The notes under the pieces were generated by a model that saw only the letters and a list, made by a program, of their open reading frames with translations, was not told the origin of the DNA and did no database searches. Shown one piece after another: positions 55,170-64,000 of a stretch of 64,000 bases of DNA. The position numbers and the translations under genes were made by a program. This DNA comes from an uncultured delta proteobacterium (GTDB lineage Bacteria; Desulfobacterota; Desulfuromonadia; Desulfuromonadales; CAWANI01), in contig CAWANI010000002.1 in NCBI GenBank assembly GCA_963783365.1, positions 42,778 to 106,777 on the forward strand, read 5' to 3'. Numbering within the stretch: the first letter of the stretch is position 1; each line of letters starts with the position of its first letter.

Positions 55170-56150
55170 ATGTTCAGCAGAAAACACCGCATCGTCCTTT
55201 TATTCCTGATCTGCCTTTTCCCTCTCTCCGCCGGTTCCGGGCTGGCCGCGCAGCAGGCAGAGGCTCCGCCGGCATCGGCGAGGGCTCGGATGACCCTGGG
55301 CCAGGCCACGGTGTTGGGGGTGGTCGAAGGGTTGACGGAATACCTGCCGGTCAGCTCCACCGGCCATCTGCTGCTGGCGGAAAAGGCCATGGGGATCGGC
55401 GAGGATCCGGGCGGCTCGCCCGCCCAGCAGAAGCGCGACAAGGATGCCGCCGACGCCTACACCATCTGCATTCAGGCCGGCGCCATCCTCGCCGTGCTGG
55501 GGCTCTACTTGCGGCGGGTCAGGCAGATGCTGGCGGGGCTGAATGGGCGGGACGAGGAAGGCCGGCGTATGCTGATCAACGTCGTCGTCGGCTTTCTGCC
55601 CGCGGCGGTGATCGGCCTGGTCTTCAACAAGATCATCAAGGCCTACCTCTTCGGACCCTGGCCGGTGGTGGCCGCCTGGTTTGTCGGCGGCGTGGCGATC
55701 CTCGCCGTCGCCTGGTGGCGGGGGCGGGAGGATCGCCCGGAGCGCAGCGCCCTGCCCCTGGAGTCGCTCTCCTGGCGGATGGCGCTGATCATCGGCTTCG
55801 CCCAGTGCATCGCCATGTGGCCGGGGGTCAGCCGCAGCCTGGTCACCATCGTCGGCGGCGTGCTGGTGGGGCTCTCGTTGCCGGCGGCGGTGGAATTCAG
55901 TTTTCTGCTCGGCGTGGTGACCCTCGGCGCCGCAACCGGCTACGATGGACTCAAGCACGGCCACATCATGGTGCAGACCTTCGATCCACTGTCCCTCGCC
56001 GTCGGCGTGCTGTTCGCCTTTCTCGCCGCGGTGGTGTCGGTCAAGTGGATGGTGAACTACCTCAACAAGCACGGGCTGTCGATTTTCGGCTATTACCGGG
56101 TGGGGTTGGCGCTGGTGGTGGGGGCGTTGATATTTAAGGGGATGATGTAG
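55170..56150 (+). CDS. uppP: undecaprenyl-diphosphate phosphatase (BacA/UppP) with an N-terminal extension of about 40 aa
   Basis: It has the UppP motif VVEGLTEYLPVSSTGHL and the C-terminal PGVSRS motif. The ORF begins with a signal-peptide-like MFSRKHRIVLLFLICLFPLSAGSGLAA. Confidence 0.9.
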   Translation: MFSRKHRIVLLFLICLFPLSAGSGLAAQQAEAPPASARARMTLGQATVLGVVEGLTEYLPVSSTGHLLLAEKAMGIGEDPGGSPAQQKRDKDAADAYTICIQAGAILAVLGLYLRRVRQMLAGLNGRDEEGRRMLINVVVGFLPAAVIGLVFNKIIKAYLFGPWPVVAAWFVGGVAILAVAWWRGREDRPERSALPLESLSWRMALIIGFAQCIAMWPGVSRSLVTIVGGVLVGLSLPAAVEFSFLLGVVTLGAATGYDGLKHGHIMVQTFDPLSLAVGVLFAFLAAVVSVKWMVNYLNKHGLSIFGYYRVGLALVVGALIFKGMM

Positions 56151-56152
56151 GG

Positions 56153-56184
56153 GCAACGCCGCAGATGGACGTTTTTCATCAGCC
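56153..56184 (+). terminator. second copy of the conserved 32-nt terminator-like element
   Basis: gcaacgccgcagatggacgtttttcatcagcc differs by 1 nt from 13411..13442. It starts 3 nt after the uppP stop. Confidence 0.45.
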
Positions 56185-56249
56185 TACATGCAAAATCGGC
56201 GGGCCTCTTCCCCGGTCTATCCAACCCTTATTTCTGGCTAGCGAAGTTG

Positions 56250-57989
56250 CTATCCGTCCCCGCTCTCGACGAGCACCCCCTCGCGCCACCCCCGCACCGA
56301 ATTCACCAGCCACAGCCGGTCGGCCCGGCGCAGATCCTCCCGCCTCACCACGCCCTCGACAATTTCCCCGTCGGCGAGAAGCCGCTCGCGCAGGGTGCCG
56401 GGGAGCAGGCCGCAGGCGACCGGCGGAGTGACCAGCTTTCCGTCCAGTTCCACGACCAGGTTGGCCGTGGCGGCCTCAGTCACCTCTCCTGCATCGTTCC
56501 AGAGCAGTACCTCGTCGCACTCCCCTGCGCCGCGCCGCGCGTTTTCGTAGGGGGTGCGGTGGGTGGTCTTGTGGTAGAGGAAGGGATCATCGGCGTCTAC
56601 CGGTGCGGTCGCCAGGCGAAGGCGCAGGCGCCGCTCGGGGTTCGGCTCGATGGGAGCAGCCTCGGCATGCAGTTTCCCGTCGGGGCCAAGCAGCAGGCGC
56701 ACTTTGTGGGGGCAGGGCGGCTGGTTTGAGGCGAGGAAGGCGAGTTTCGCCAACACGAGTTGCCGGTCACAGGGAAAGTCGAAATACCCCGCCGAGGCGG
56801 AAAGCCGGGCCAGGTGCTCCTCGATCAGCCAGTATCCCTCCTGCGGGCTCCAGCGCAGCGATTCGAGCAGGGAAAAGCCGGGCATCCGCTGCTCGAGGAT
56901 GCGCGCCTTCTGCAGGCACTCGCGGTACTCGGCGCCAGCTCTCCGAATCCCAGGTGATGCCGGCGCCGACCCCGTACTCGGCGCATCCCGTCTCCCGGTC
57001 GATGAGGGCGGTGCGGATGGCGACGCTGAAGCGGGCCCGGCGGCCCGGGGCGACGTGGCCGATGGCGCCGGTGTAGATGCGCCGCGGCCGCCCCTCCAGG
57101 CCGGCGATGATCTGCATGGTCTGGTACTTGGGGGCGCCGGTAATGGAGGCGCAGGGGAAGAGGGCGGCGAAGATCTCCGCCAGGGGGGCGGCGGTGCGGG
57201 TTTCGGCGGCGGAGGTCATCTGCCAGACGGTGGGGTAGCCCTCCAGCGTGAAGAGCTCGGGGACGCTGACCGTTCCGCCGAGCCGGCCGAGGTCGTTTCG
57301 CACCATGTCGAGGATCATCAGGTTCTCGGCCCGGTCCTTGGCCGAAGTCGCCAGCGTCTCGCCGTTGCCGGCGGTCCTCCGGCACGCTTCGCCCCCGCGG
57401 CGCCGTCCCCTTCATCGGCCGGGTCGTCAGCCGCTCCCCCTCCAAGGCGAAGAAGAGCTCCGGCGAGGCCGAGCAGAGGACAAGCGGCCGGTGTCGAGAA
57501 AGGCGGCAAAGCCGGCGCGCTGGCCGTGGACCAGGGCGGCGAACCACGCCCGGGGATCGCCGTCGAAGGGGGCGTGAAGGGGAAAGGTGAAGTTGACCTG
57601 GTAGGTCTCGCCCCGGGCGATGGCCTCCTTGATGGCGGCGACCGAGGTCGTGAAGGCGGCCTCGTCGAGGGCCGGCCGCCAGTCGGGGCAAGGCGCCGTC
57701 GGCCGGCGGCGCGGGGGGAGGGACGATCGTCGGGGGCATCGTAGAGGCCGAACCAGAGCAAGGGAAAGTCGCCGGCGGAGTGAACGGTGCAGGCGCGGTC
57801 GAAGGCGGCGGCCGCCTCGTAGGCGAGAAAGCCCGCGGCGTGCAGCCCCTCGCCCTTCACGGCCGTCTCCACGGCGCGTAGCGCCGGCAGGACTTCGGCG
57901 GGGTGGCGGGCGATGAGGACCCGGCGCGGGCTTTCGAAAAGCAGCCAGCGGCCGGTCGGCTGGTCGAATAGAAAGACGGTCTCTGGCAT
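56250..57989 (-). pseudogene. pabB: fused aminodeoxychorismate synthase component I (PabB) and class IV aminotransferase/ADC lyase (PabC), with several frameshifts
   Basis: PabB segments sit in four frames (ORFs 57318..57989, 57427..58287, 56825..57739, 56767..57318, the last containing MILDMVRNDLGR...GAPK...YTGAIG). The PabC-like domain (ORF 56250..56885) is in-frame with the upstream ...AEYRECLQKARILEQR. Confidence 0.75.
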
Positions 57990-58382
57990 ATGGTGGAGGT
58001 GAAAAACTCTCTGTTATCAGAATTGTTGAAAGGTCAAAGAGTTGAATTGCAAGACGATTACTTAGGATATTAAATAGGGGAAACCGAGTGCTGGCTTTGG
58101 GGGAACCAGGGTCCAGTTGAAATAGCACAAACGCCTCCATTTGGCCAGGGGAAAGGGGTCTCTCTCTCTTCGTCAATGGTGCAGCTTTAATCTGATTCGC
58201 CACGCCATCTGCCAGATGGAGAAACACATTCCAACCGCAAGCGTAAAGACGCGACTGATCGAGATTGACCTCTGTGGAAAGGGTCAAGGGGCGGCGGGCG
58301 GTGCAGCAGGTTGCAGAATCCCCTTGCCCTCCCTTCCCCTGCCGTGGTAACAGTGCGGGACTTTTTCCTTCGGAGATTCGCC

Positions 58383-60019
<1,637 letters not shown>

Positions 60020-60110
60020 CCGGCTGATGAGCTGCCGTGGTCAAATCTATGGCCTGGCAAGAGCCATTGCCTCAGCCGTCGTCAACGCACTATCCCCAGC
60101 AGTCGGGGCC

Positions 60111-60269
60111 TCAGCGCTTGGCAATGATCCAGACCGCGTGAACCACCCCGGGGATGTAGCCCAGCAGGGTCAGCAGGATATTGAGCCAGAAGGCACCGGC
60201 AAATCCCACCTGCAGGAAAACGCCAAGCGGGGGCAGAAGAATCGCGATCAGAATCCGCAAGAAATCCAT
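60111..60269 (-). CDS. Pmp3/YqaE family small hydrophobic membrane protein (52 aa)
   Basis: Not in the ORF track because it is under 60 aa. My translation is MDFLRILIAILLPPLGVFLQVGFAGAFWLNILLTLLGYIPGVVHAVWIIAKR*. RBS AAGGA. Confidence 0.75.
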   Translation of the reverse strand: MDFLRILIAILLPPLGVFLQVGFAGAFWLNILLTLLGYIPGVVHAVWIIAKR

Positions 60270-60291
60270 GGTCCATTTCCTTGGTTGGGGA

Positions 60292-60768
60292 TTAAATACC
60301 GCCGGCCGCGTGCCATAGCGCGCGGACCAGCAAAAAACTCAGCAGCCCGACGAATATCACTACCCCGGCCAGCAGCAGGCCGAGCCCCCAGACGAAGAAG
60401 CGACTGGTGACCACCGTTTTGCGAGGCTGGTCGAGGTAGGCGCCGAGCAGGTTTACGTTGCGCTGGTTGGCCTTCCAGGCAAAATCGAAGAGATCGCCAA
60501 GAACCGGCACGGCGCCGATCACCGCATCCACAGAGATATTGAAGGCCATCTTCAGCAGGACCGCCCTGGGAGCTCCGAGGCGAGCCGCCGCGAGAAGAAT
60601 ATAACTCGAAAAGAGCGCTCCGAGGCTGTCGCCGACTCCCGGCAGGAGCCCGATCAGGGGGTCGAAACCAACGCGGGCCTCGATCCCGGGGATCGGGATG
60701 GCGCTGTCCAGAAACCAGGCCAGGCGCTCCAGCCTTTTGATGCGGTTGTTTTTAGCTGAGGGGCTCAT
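60292..60768 (-). CDS. DUF4112 domain membrane protein
   Basis: MSPSAKNNRIKRLERLAWFLDSAIPIPG...GFDPLIGLLPGVGD..., recognised by recall. Start at Met93 of ORF 60292..61044. Confidence 0.65.
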   Translation of the reverse strand: MSPSAKNNRIKRLERLAWFLDSAIPIPGIEARVGFDPLIGLLPGVGDSLGALFSSYILLAAARLGAPRAVLLKMAFNISVDAVIGAVPVLGDLFDFAWKANQRNVNLLGAYLDQPRKTVVTSRFFVWGLGLLLAGVVIFVGLLSFLLVRALWHAAGGI

Positions 60769-61004
60769 GCCGAGGCTCCTTGCCCGCGGGGGGCGCGCTT
60801 TACTTAAGTATAACGGGTCTGCTGCAGGACCGAGACCACGGCAATTTCCAGATGCATTGCAAACCGGGCTGTTTTTTTGCGGTGTGGGCCTTTTGCGGGC
60901 CCGGGACGAGCGCTGCGGCGGTTTTGGTTGTGGAGAAGGGAGACATCTGTTAACGTGCGTCGCAGAATACAGGCGAACCATTGCCGAAGAAAAGAGATGA
61001 GGGC

Positions 61005-61886
61005 ATGACGATCGAGTGGTATCCGGGACATATGACCAAGGCACGGCGGGAGATCGCCGAGGCCCTCGCCGGCGTCGACGTGGTGATTGAGGTCGTCGAT
61101 GCCCGCCTGCCGGCGTCGAGTTCCAACCCGATCCTGCAGAAACTGCGCGGGAACAAACCGTGCGTCAAGGTCCTCAACAAGGCGGATCTCGCCGACCCGG
61201 GCGTGACCAGGGCGTGGGTGCGCCATTTTGCCGGCCAAAAAGGGGTGGTGGCAGTGCCGGTCGAAGCGAAGAACCGCAGAGAGACCGGGGCGATTCTGCG
61301 CCGGTGCCGGTCGCTGGCGCCTCACAAGGGCCGGCCGGGACGCAGCCTGCGGGTGATGGTCGTCGGCATCCCCAATGTCGGTAAGTCGACCCTGATCAAT
61401 ACCCTGGCGGGAAAAGGGATCACCCGGGTCGGCGACAAGCCGGCGATCACCACCTGCCGGCAGCAGGTCAATCTCCCCAATCACATCATCCTCGACGATA
61501 CGCCGGGACTGCTCTGGCCCAATCTGCGCGATCAGCAAGGCGCCCTGCGGCTTGCGGCAAGCGGCGCCATCGGTACCGACGCCTTCGATACCGTCGACGT
61601 GGCCTGCTTTGCCATCGCCTTCATGCTGCAGCGCTATCCCGAGGGGCTGATCCGCAGCTACCCCTTTGCGGCCGAGGAGACCGATCCGTTCCTTCTGCTC
61701 GAAGCGATCGGTCGCCGCCACGGCTGCCTGCTCAGCGGCGGGGTCGATGCGACCCGTGCCGGCGAGTTCTTTCTGCGGGCCCTGCGCGGCGGAAAATTCG
61801 GGCGGATTTCCTTTGAAGCGCCGGGGGAGGACTCCCCCGAAGTTCGGGATGAAGAGGAGCAGGCGGAGGGGCGAGGGGAAAAATAA
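61005..61886 (+). CDS. rbgA: ribosome biogenesis GTPase YlqF/RbgA (circularly permuted GTPase)
   Basis: WYPGHMTKARREI; G4 NKADL precedes G1 GIPNVGKST and DTPG. Start at Met9 of ORF 60981..61886. Confidence 0.85.
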   Translation: MTIEWYPGHMTKARREIAEALAGVDVVIEVVDARLPASSSNPILQKLRGNKPCVKVLNKADLADPGVTRAWVRHFAGQKGVVAVPVEAKNRRETGAILRRCRSLAPHKGRPGRSLRVMVVGIPNVGKSTLINTLAGKGITRVGDKPAITTCRQQVNLPNHIILDDTPGLLWPNLRDQQGALRLAASGAIGTDAFDTVDVACFAIAFMLQRYPEGLIRSYPFAAEETDPFLLLEAIGRRHGCLLSGGVDATRAGEFFLRALRGGKFGRISFEAPGEDSPEVRDEEEQAEGRGEK

Positions 61887-61905
61887 CCCTGTGGGGGAAC
61901 CGAAT

Positions 61906-62139
61906 ATGGAAATCGATCTGGACGTGCTGAAGCACCTGATAGGTAAACGAACCGATGAGATTGAAAAGAGCGTCGCCGGCACCGGCTATCTGGCGCGCAC
62001 CGTCATCGGGGTCGGCACCTTTTTACTCGACCACGACGGCAACATCGACTTGCTGACCGCCAAGCAGCAGGTCACCTTTGAGCGGTTTCTTAAGCCGCTC
62101 CTGGAGGCGTCGCCACGGCCGCCGGCTGCCGACGCCTGA
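61906..62139 (+). CDS. hypothetical protein (77 aa)
   Basis: MEIDLDVLKHLIGKRTDEIEKS...; ordinary composition and a weak RBS GGGGGA. No family recognised. Confidence 0.35.
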   Translation: MEIDLDVLKHLIGKRTDEIEKSVAGTGYLARTVIGVGTFLLDHDGNIDLLTAKQQVTFERFLKPLLEASPRPPAADA

Positions 62140-62171
62140 TCCAACGCACGCAAGGCCTTGATCGAGAACCT

Positions 62172-62417
62172 TCAGCGGCAGACGACAATATTCGCCGTTT
62201 GGGAGGTGAGGTCAAAAACGACTTTCACCTTTTTGTTCCGCAGTTGCCGAAAAACCTGTTCGACCTTCTCCGCCAGCGTACCGCCGGCATCCCCCCAATC
62301 CGCCCCGTCCCTCGTCACAAACTCCTGGATCATCGACCGCAGCGCCTCCGGGTCGATCCGATCATAGGGGACCTCTATTCCTTCTTCGTGATGGTCGGTT
62401 GGTTCTTTCTCGGCCAC
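62172..62417 (-). CDS. yheU: YheU family protein (UPF0270)
   Basis: 81 aa. IDPEALRSMIQEFVTRDGADWGD...LAEKVEQVFRQL resembles E. coli YheU. An ABC-F gene lies nearby on the same strand, as with yheS-yheU in E. coli. Confidence 0.65.
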   Translation of the reverse strand: MAEKEPTDHHEEGIEVPYDRIDPEALRSMIQEFVTRDGADWGDAGGTLAEKVEQVFRQLRNKKVKVVFDLTSQTANIVVCR

Positions 62418-62506
62418 GAATCACCTCCTCAAGGGGTAACGAGGGGTGCCCCCATAGCCACCCGGAACGAGTGCTCAGGAAGGTCGCTTTCTGGGCAGGC
62501 CGCCCC

Positions 62507-64000
62507 CTACAGGGTCAGCTCGGCCTGCCCGTGGAAGAGCTCCTCGCGGATTTTTGCGACCTCGGAGCTCTCCAGATATTCGTCGAAGGTCATCGTCCGG
62601 TCGATGTAGCCGCCGGGGGTGAATTCGACGATCCGGTTGGCGACCGTCGAGAGAAACTTGTGGTCGTGGCTGGCGAAGAGGATCACCTCCGAAAAGGCGA
62701 TCAGCCCGTTGTTGAGGGCGGTGATCGACTCAAGGTCAAGGTGGTTGGTCGGCTCGTCGAAGATGAGCACGTTGGCCCCGGCGAGCATCATGCGGGCGAG
62801 CATGCAGCGCACCTTCTCTCCGCCGGAAAGGACGGTGGACTTCTTGGTCGCCTCATCCCCTGAGAAGAGCATGCGGCCTAAAAAGCCGCGGGCGAAGCTC
62901 TCCCCTTCGGTGCCGGGAGCGAACTGCCCCAGCCACTCGATGAGGTTCAGCTCGTTCTCGAAGTAGCGGCCGTTCTCCTTGGGGAAATAGCACGGGGTGA
63001 TGGTGACCCCGAAGCGGAAGCTGCCGCTGTCGGGTTCGAGCTCCCCGGCGAGGATCTGGAAGAGGGTGGTCTTGGTCAGGGCGCCGCCGCCGACGAAGGC
63101 GACCTTGTCCCCCTTGTTGAGGGTCAGGCTGAAATTGTCGAGCACCTTCACCCCGTCGACCGTCTTGCACAGGTCCTTGACTTCGAGGATGATATCGCCG
63201 CAGGGGCGCTCGGGTTTGAAGACGACGAAGGGGTACTTGCGCGAGGAGACCGGCATCTCCTCGAGGGTGAGTTTTTCGAGGAGCTTCTTGCGCGAGGTCG
63301 CCTGCTTGGCCTTGGACGCGTTCGAGGAGAAGCGCTGGATGAACTCCTTGAGCTCGTTGGCCTTTTCGGTGACCTTGCGGTTCTCCTCCTGCTTCTGCTT
63401 GAGGGAGAGCTGGCTCGCCTCGTACCAGAAGTCGTAGTTGCCCACATAGACGGTGATCTTGCCGAAGTCGATGTCGGCCACGTGGGTGCAGACCTGGTTG
63501 AGGAAGTGGCGGTCGTGGGAGACGACGATGACCGTGTTCTGAAAGCGAGCGAGGAAATCCTCCAGCCAGGCGATGGACTTGAGGTCGAGGTGGTTGGTCG
63601 GCTCGTCGAGGAGCAGCACGTCGGGGGTGCCGAAGAGAGCCTGGGCGAGGAGCACGCGGACCTTCTCGCCCCCTTCGAGTTCTTTCATCTTTTTATGCCG
63701 CAGCTCTTCGGGAACGCCGAGGCCGTTGAGGAGTACCGCCGCCTCCGACTCGGCCTCGTAGCCGTTCATCTCGGCGAACTCGGCTTCCAGCTCCCCGGAG
63801 CGGATGCCGTCTTCTTCGGTGAATTCGCCCTTGGCATAGATCGCCTCGCGCTCGGCCATCACTTCGTAGAGCCTTTTGTGTCCCATCATCACGGTGTTGA
63901 AGACGCTCTGTTCGTCGAAGGCGAAGTGGTCCTGGCGCAGCATGGCGATTCGTTCGCCGGGACCGACCGAGACCTCCCCCTTGTCCGCCTCCATCTCGCC
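62507..64000 (-). CDS. ABC-F family ATPase (YbiT-like), 5' end outside the window
   Basis: The open frame runs to the window edge. It has LEGGEKVRVLLAQAL..LLLDEPTNHLD, then a linker, then LSGGEKVRCMLA..LIFDEPTNHLD. Confidence 0.9.
   Translation of the reverse strand, partial: GEMEADKGEVSVGPGERIAMLRQDHFAFDEQSVFNTVMMGHKRLYEVMAEREAIYAKGEFTEEDGIRSGELEAEFAEMNGYEAESEAAVLLNGLGVPEELRHKKMKELEGGEKVRVLLAQALFGTPDVLLLDEPTNHLDLKSIAWLEDFLARFQNTVIVVSHDRHFLNQVCTHVADIDFGKITVYVGNYDFWYEASQLSLKQKQEENRKVTEKANELKEFIQRFSSNASKAKQATSRKKLLEKLTLEEMPVSSRKYPFVVFKPERPCGDIILEVKDLCKTVDGVKVLDNFSLTLNKGDKVAFVGGGALTKTTLFQILAGELEPDSGSFRFGVTITPCYFPKENGRYFENELNLIEWLGQFAPGTEGESFARGFLGRMLFSGDEATKKSTVLSGGEKVRCMLARMMLAGANVLIFDEPTNHLDLESITALNNGLIAFSEVILFASHDHKFLSTVANRIVEFTPGGYIDRTMTFDEYLESSEVAKIREELFHGQAELTL

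Noticed and set aside
58141-58350. 69-aa ORF in the divergent pabB/ABC-F promoter region, and the palindrome ccatctg-c-cagatgg near 58203
   Set aside because: The ORF has no RBS and no conservation signal. The palindrome is short (7 bp) and unsupported by anything else.

Overview
Visibly GC-rich chromosomal segment. Its gene content and intergenic repeat families look like a Desulfuromonadales/Geobacter-type deltaproteobacterium; this is inference, as no search was possible. Genes in order: ChaN-PDZ lipoprotein, speD, a SixA-like phosphatase, a hemerythrin / Cys-rich / DUF1858 redox trio, a membrane-anchor plus acidic zinc-ribbon pair, lhgO, the mercury-methylation pair hgcA/hgcB, DAHP synthase, yggT-DivIVA-yggU, trpS, a GH15 glucoamylase and a secreted 788-aa cytochrome built from ten tandem c7-type triheme domains (30 CXXCH). 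Then come an ECF Ni/Co importer (cbiM-PDGLE, cbiQ, cbiO), an MCP, a MATE pump, a tetR-OMF-MFP-RND efflux operon, lon, a full gspCDEFGHIJKLMN type II secretion cluster with a DUF3187-like OMP, polA, uppP, fused pabB-pabC, two ABC-F ATPases, Pmp3, DUF4112, rbgA and yheU. Two things dominate beyond ordinary annotation. (1) Hairpin-rich intergenic repeats recur at five or more loci. They include two inverted arrays of a 34-bp tandem palindromic unit, a 7-bp x15 array, a 9-bp in-frame array and a 228-bp coding repeat. (2) Well-conserved genes carry many reading-frame breaks: polA about 17, gspD 3, pabBC at least 4, ABC-F 2, and gspF, the OMF and the zinc-ribbon gene 1 each. This pattern looks more like indel sequencing or assembly error than gene decay. 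I found no clear new multi-gene system such as a defence island. The best leads are an hgcAB locus with a poly-vicinal-cysteine N-terminal arm on HgcA and a repeat-filled 588-bp hgcA-hgcB spacer, the 30-haem cytochrome, the repeat superfamily, and a possible Trp-codon attenuator upstream of trpS. Start codons were chosen by ORF frame, RBS and homology recall, and all functional calls rest on recognising the translated sequences.
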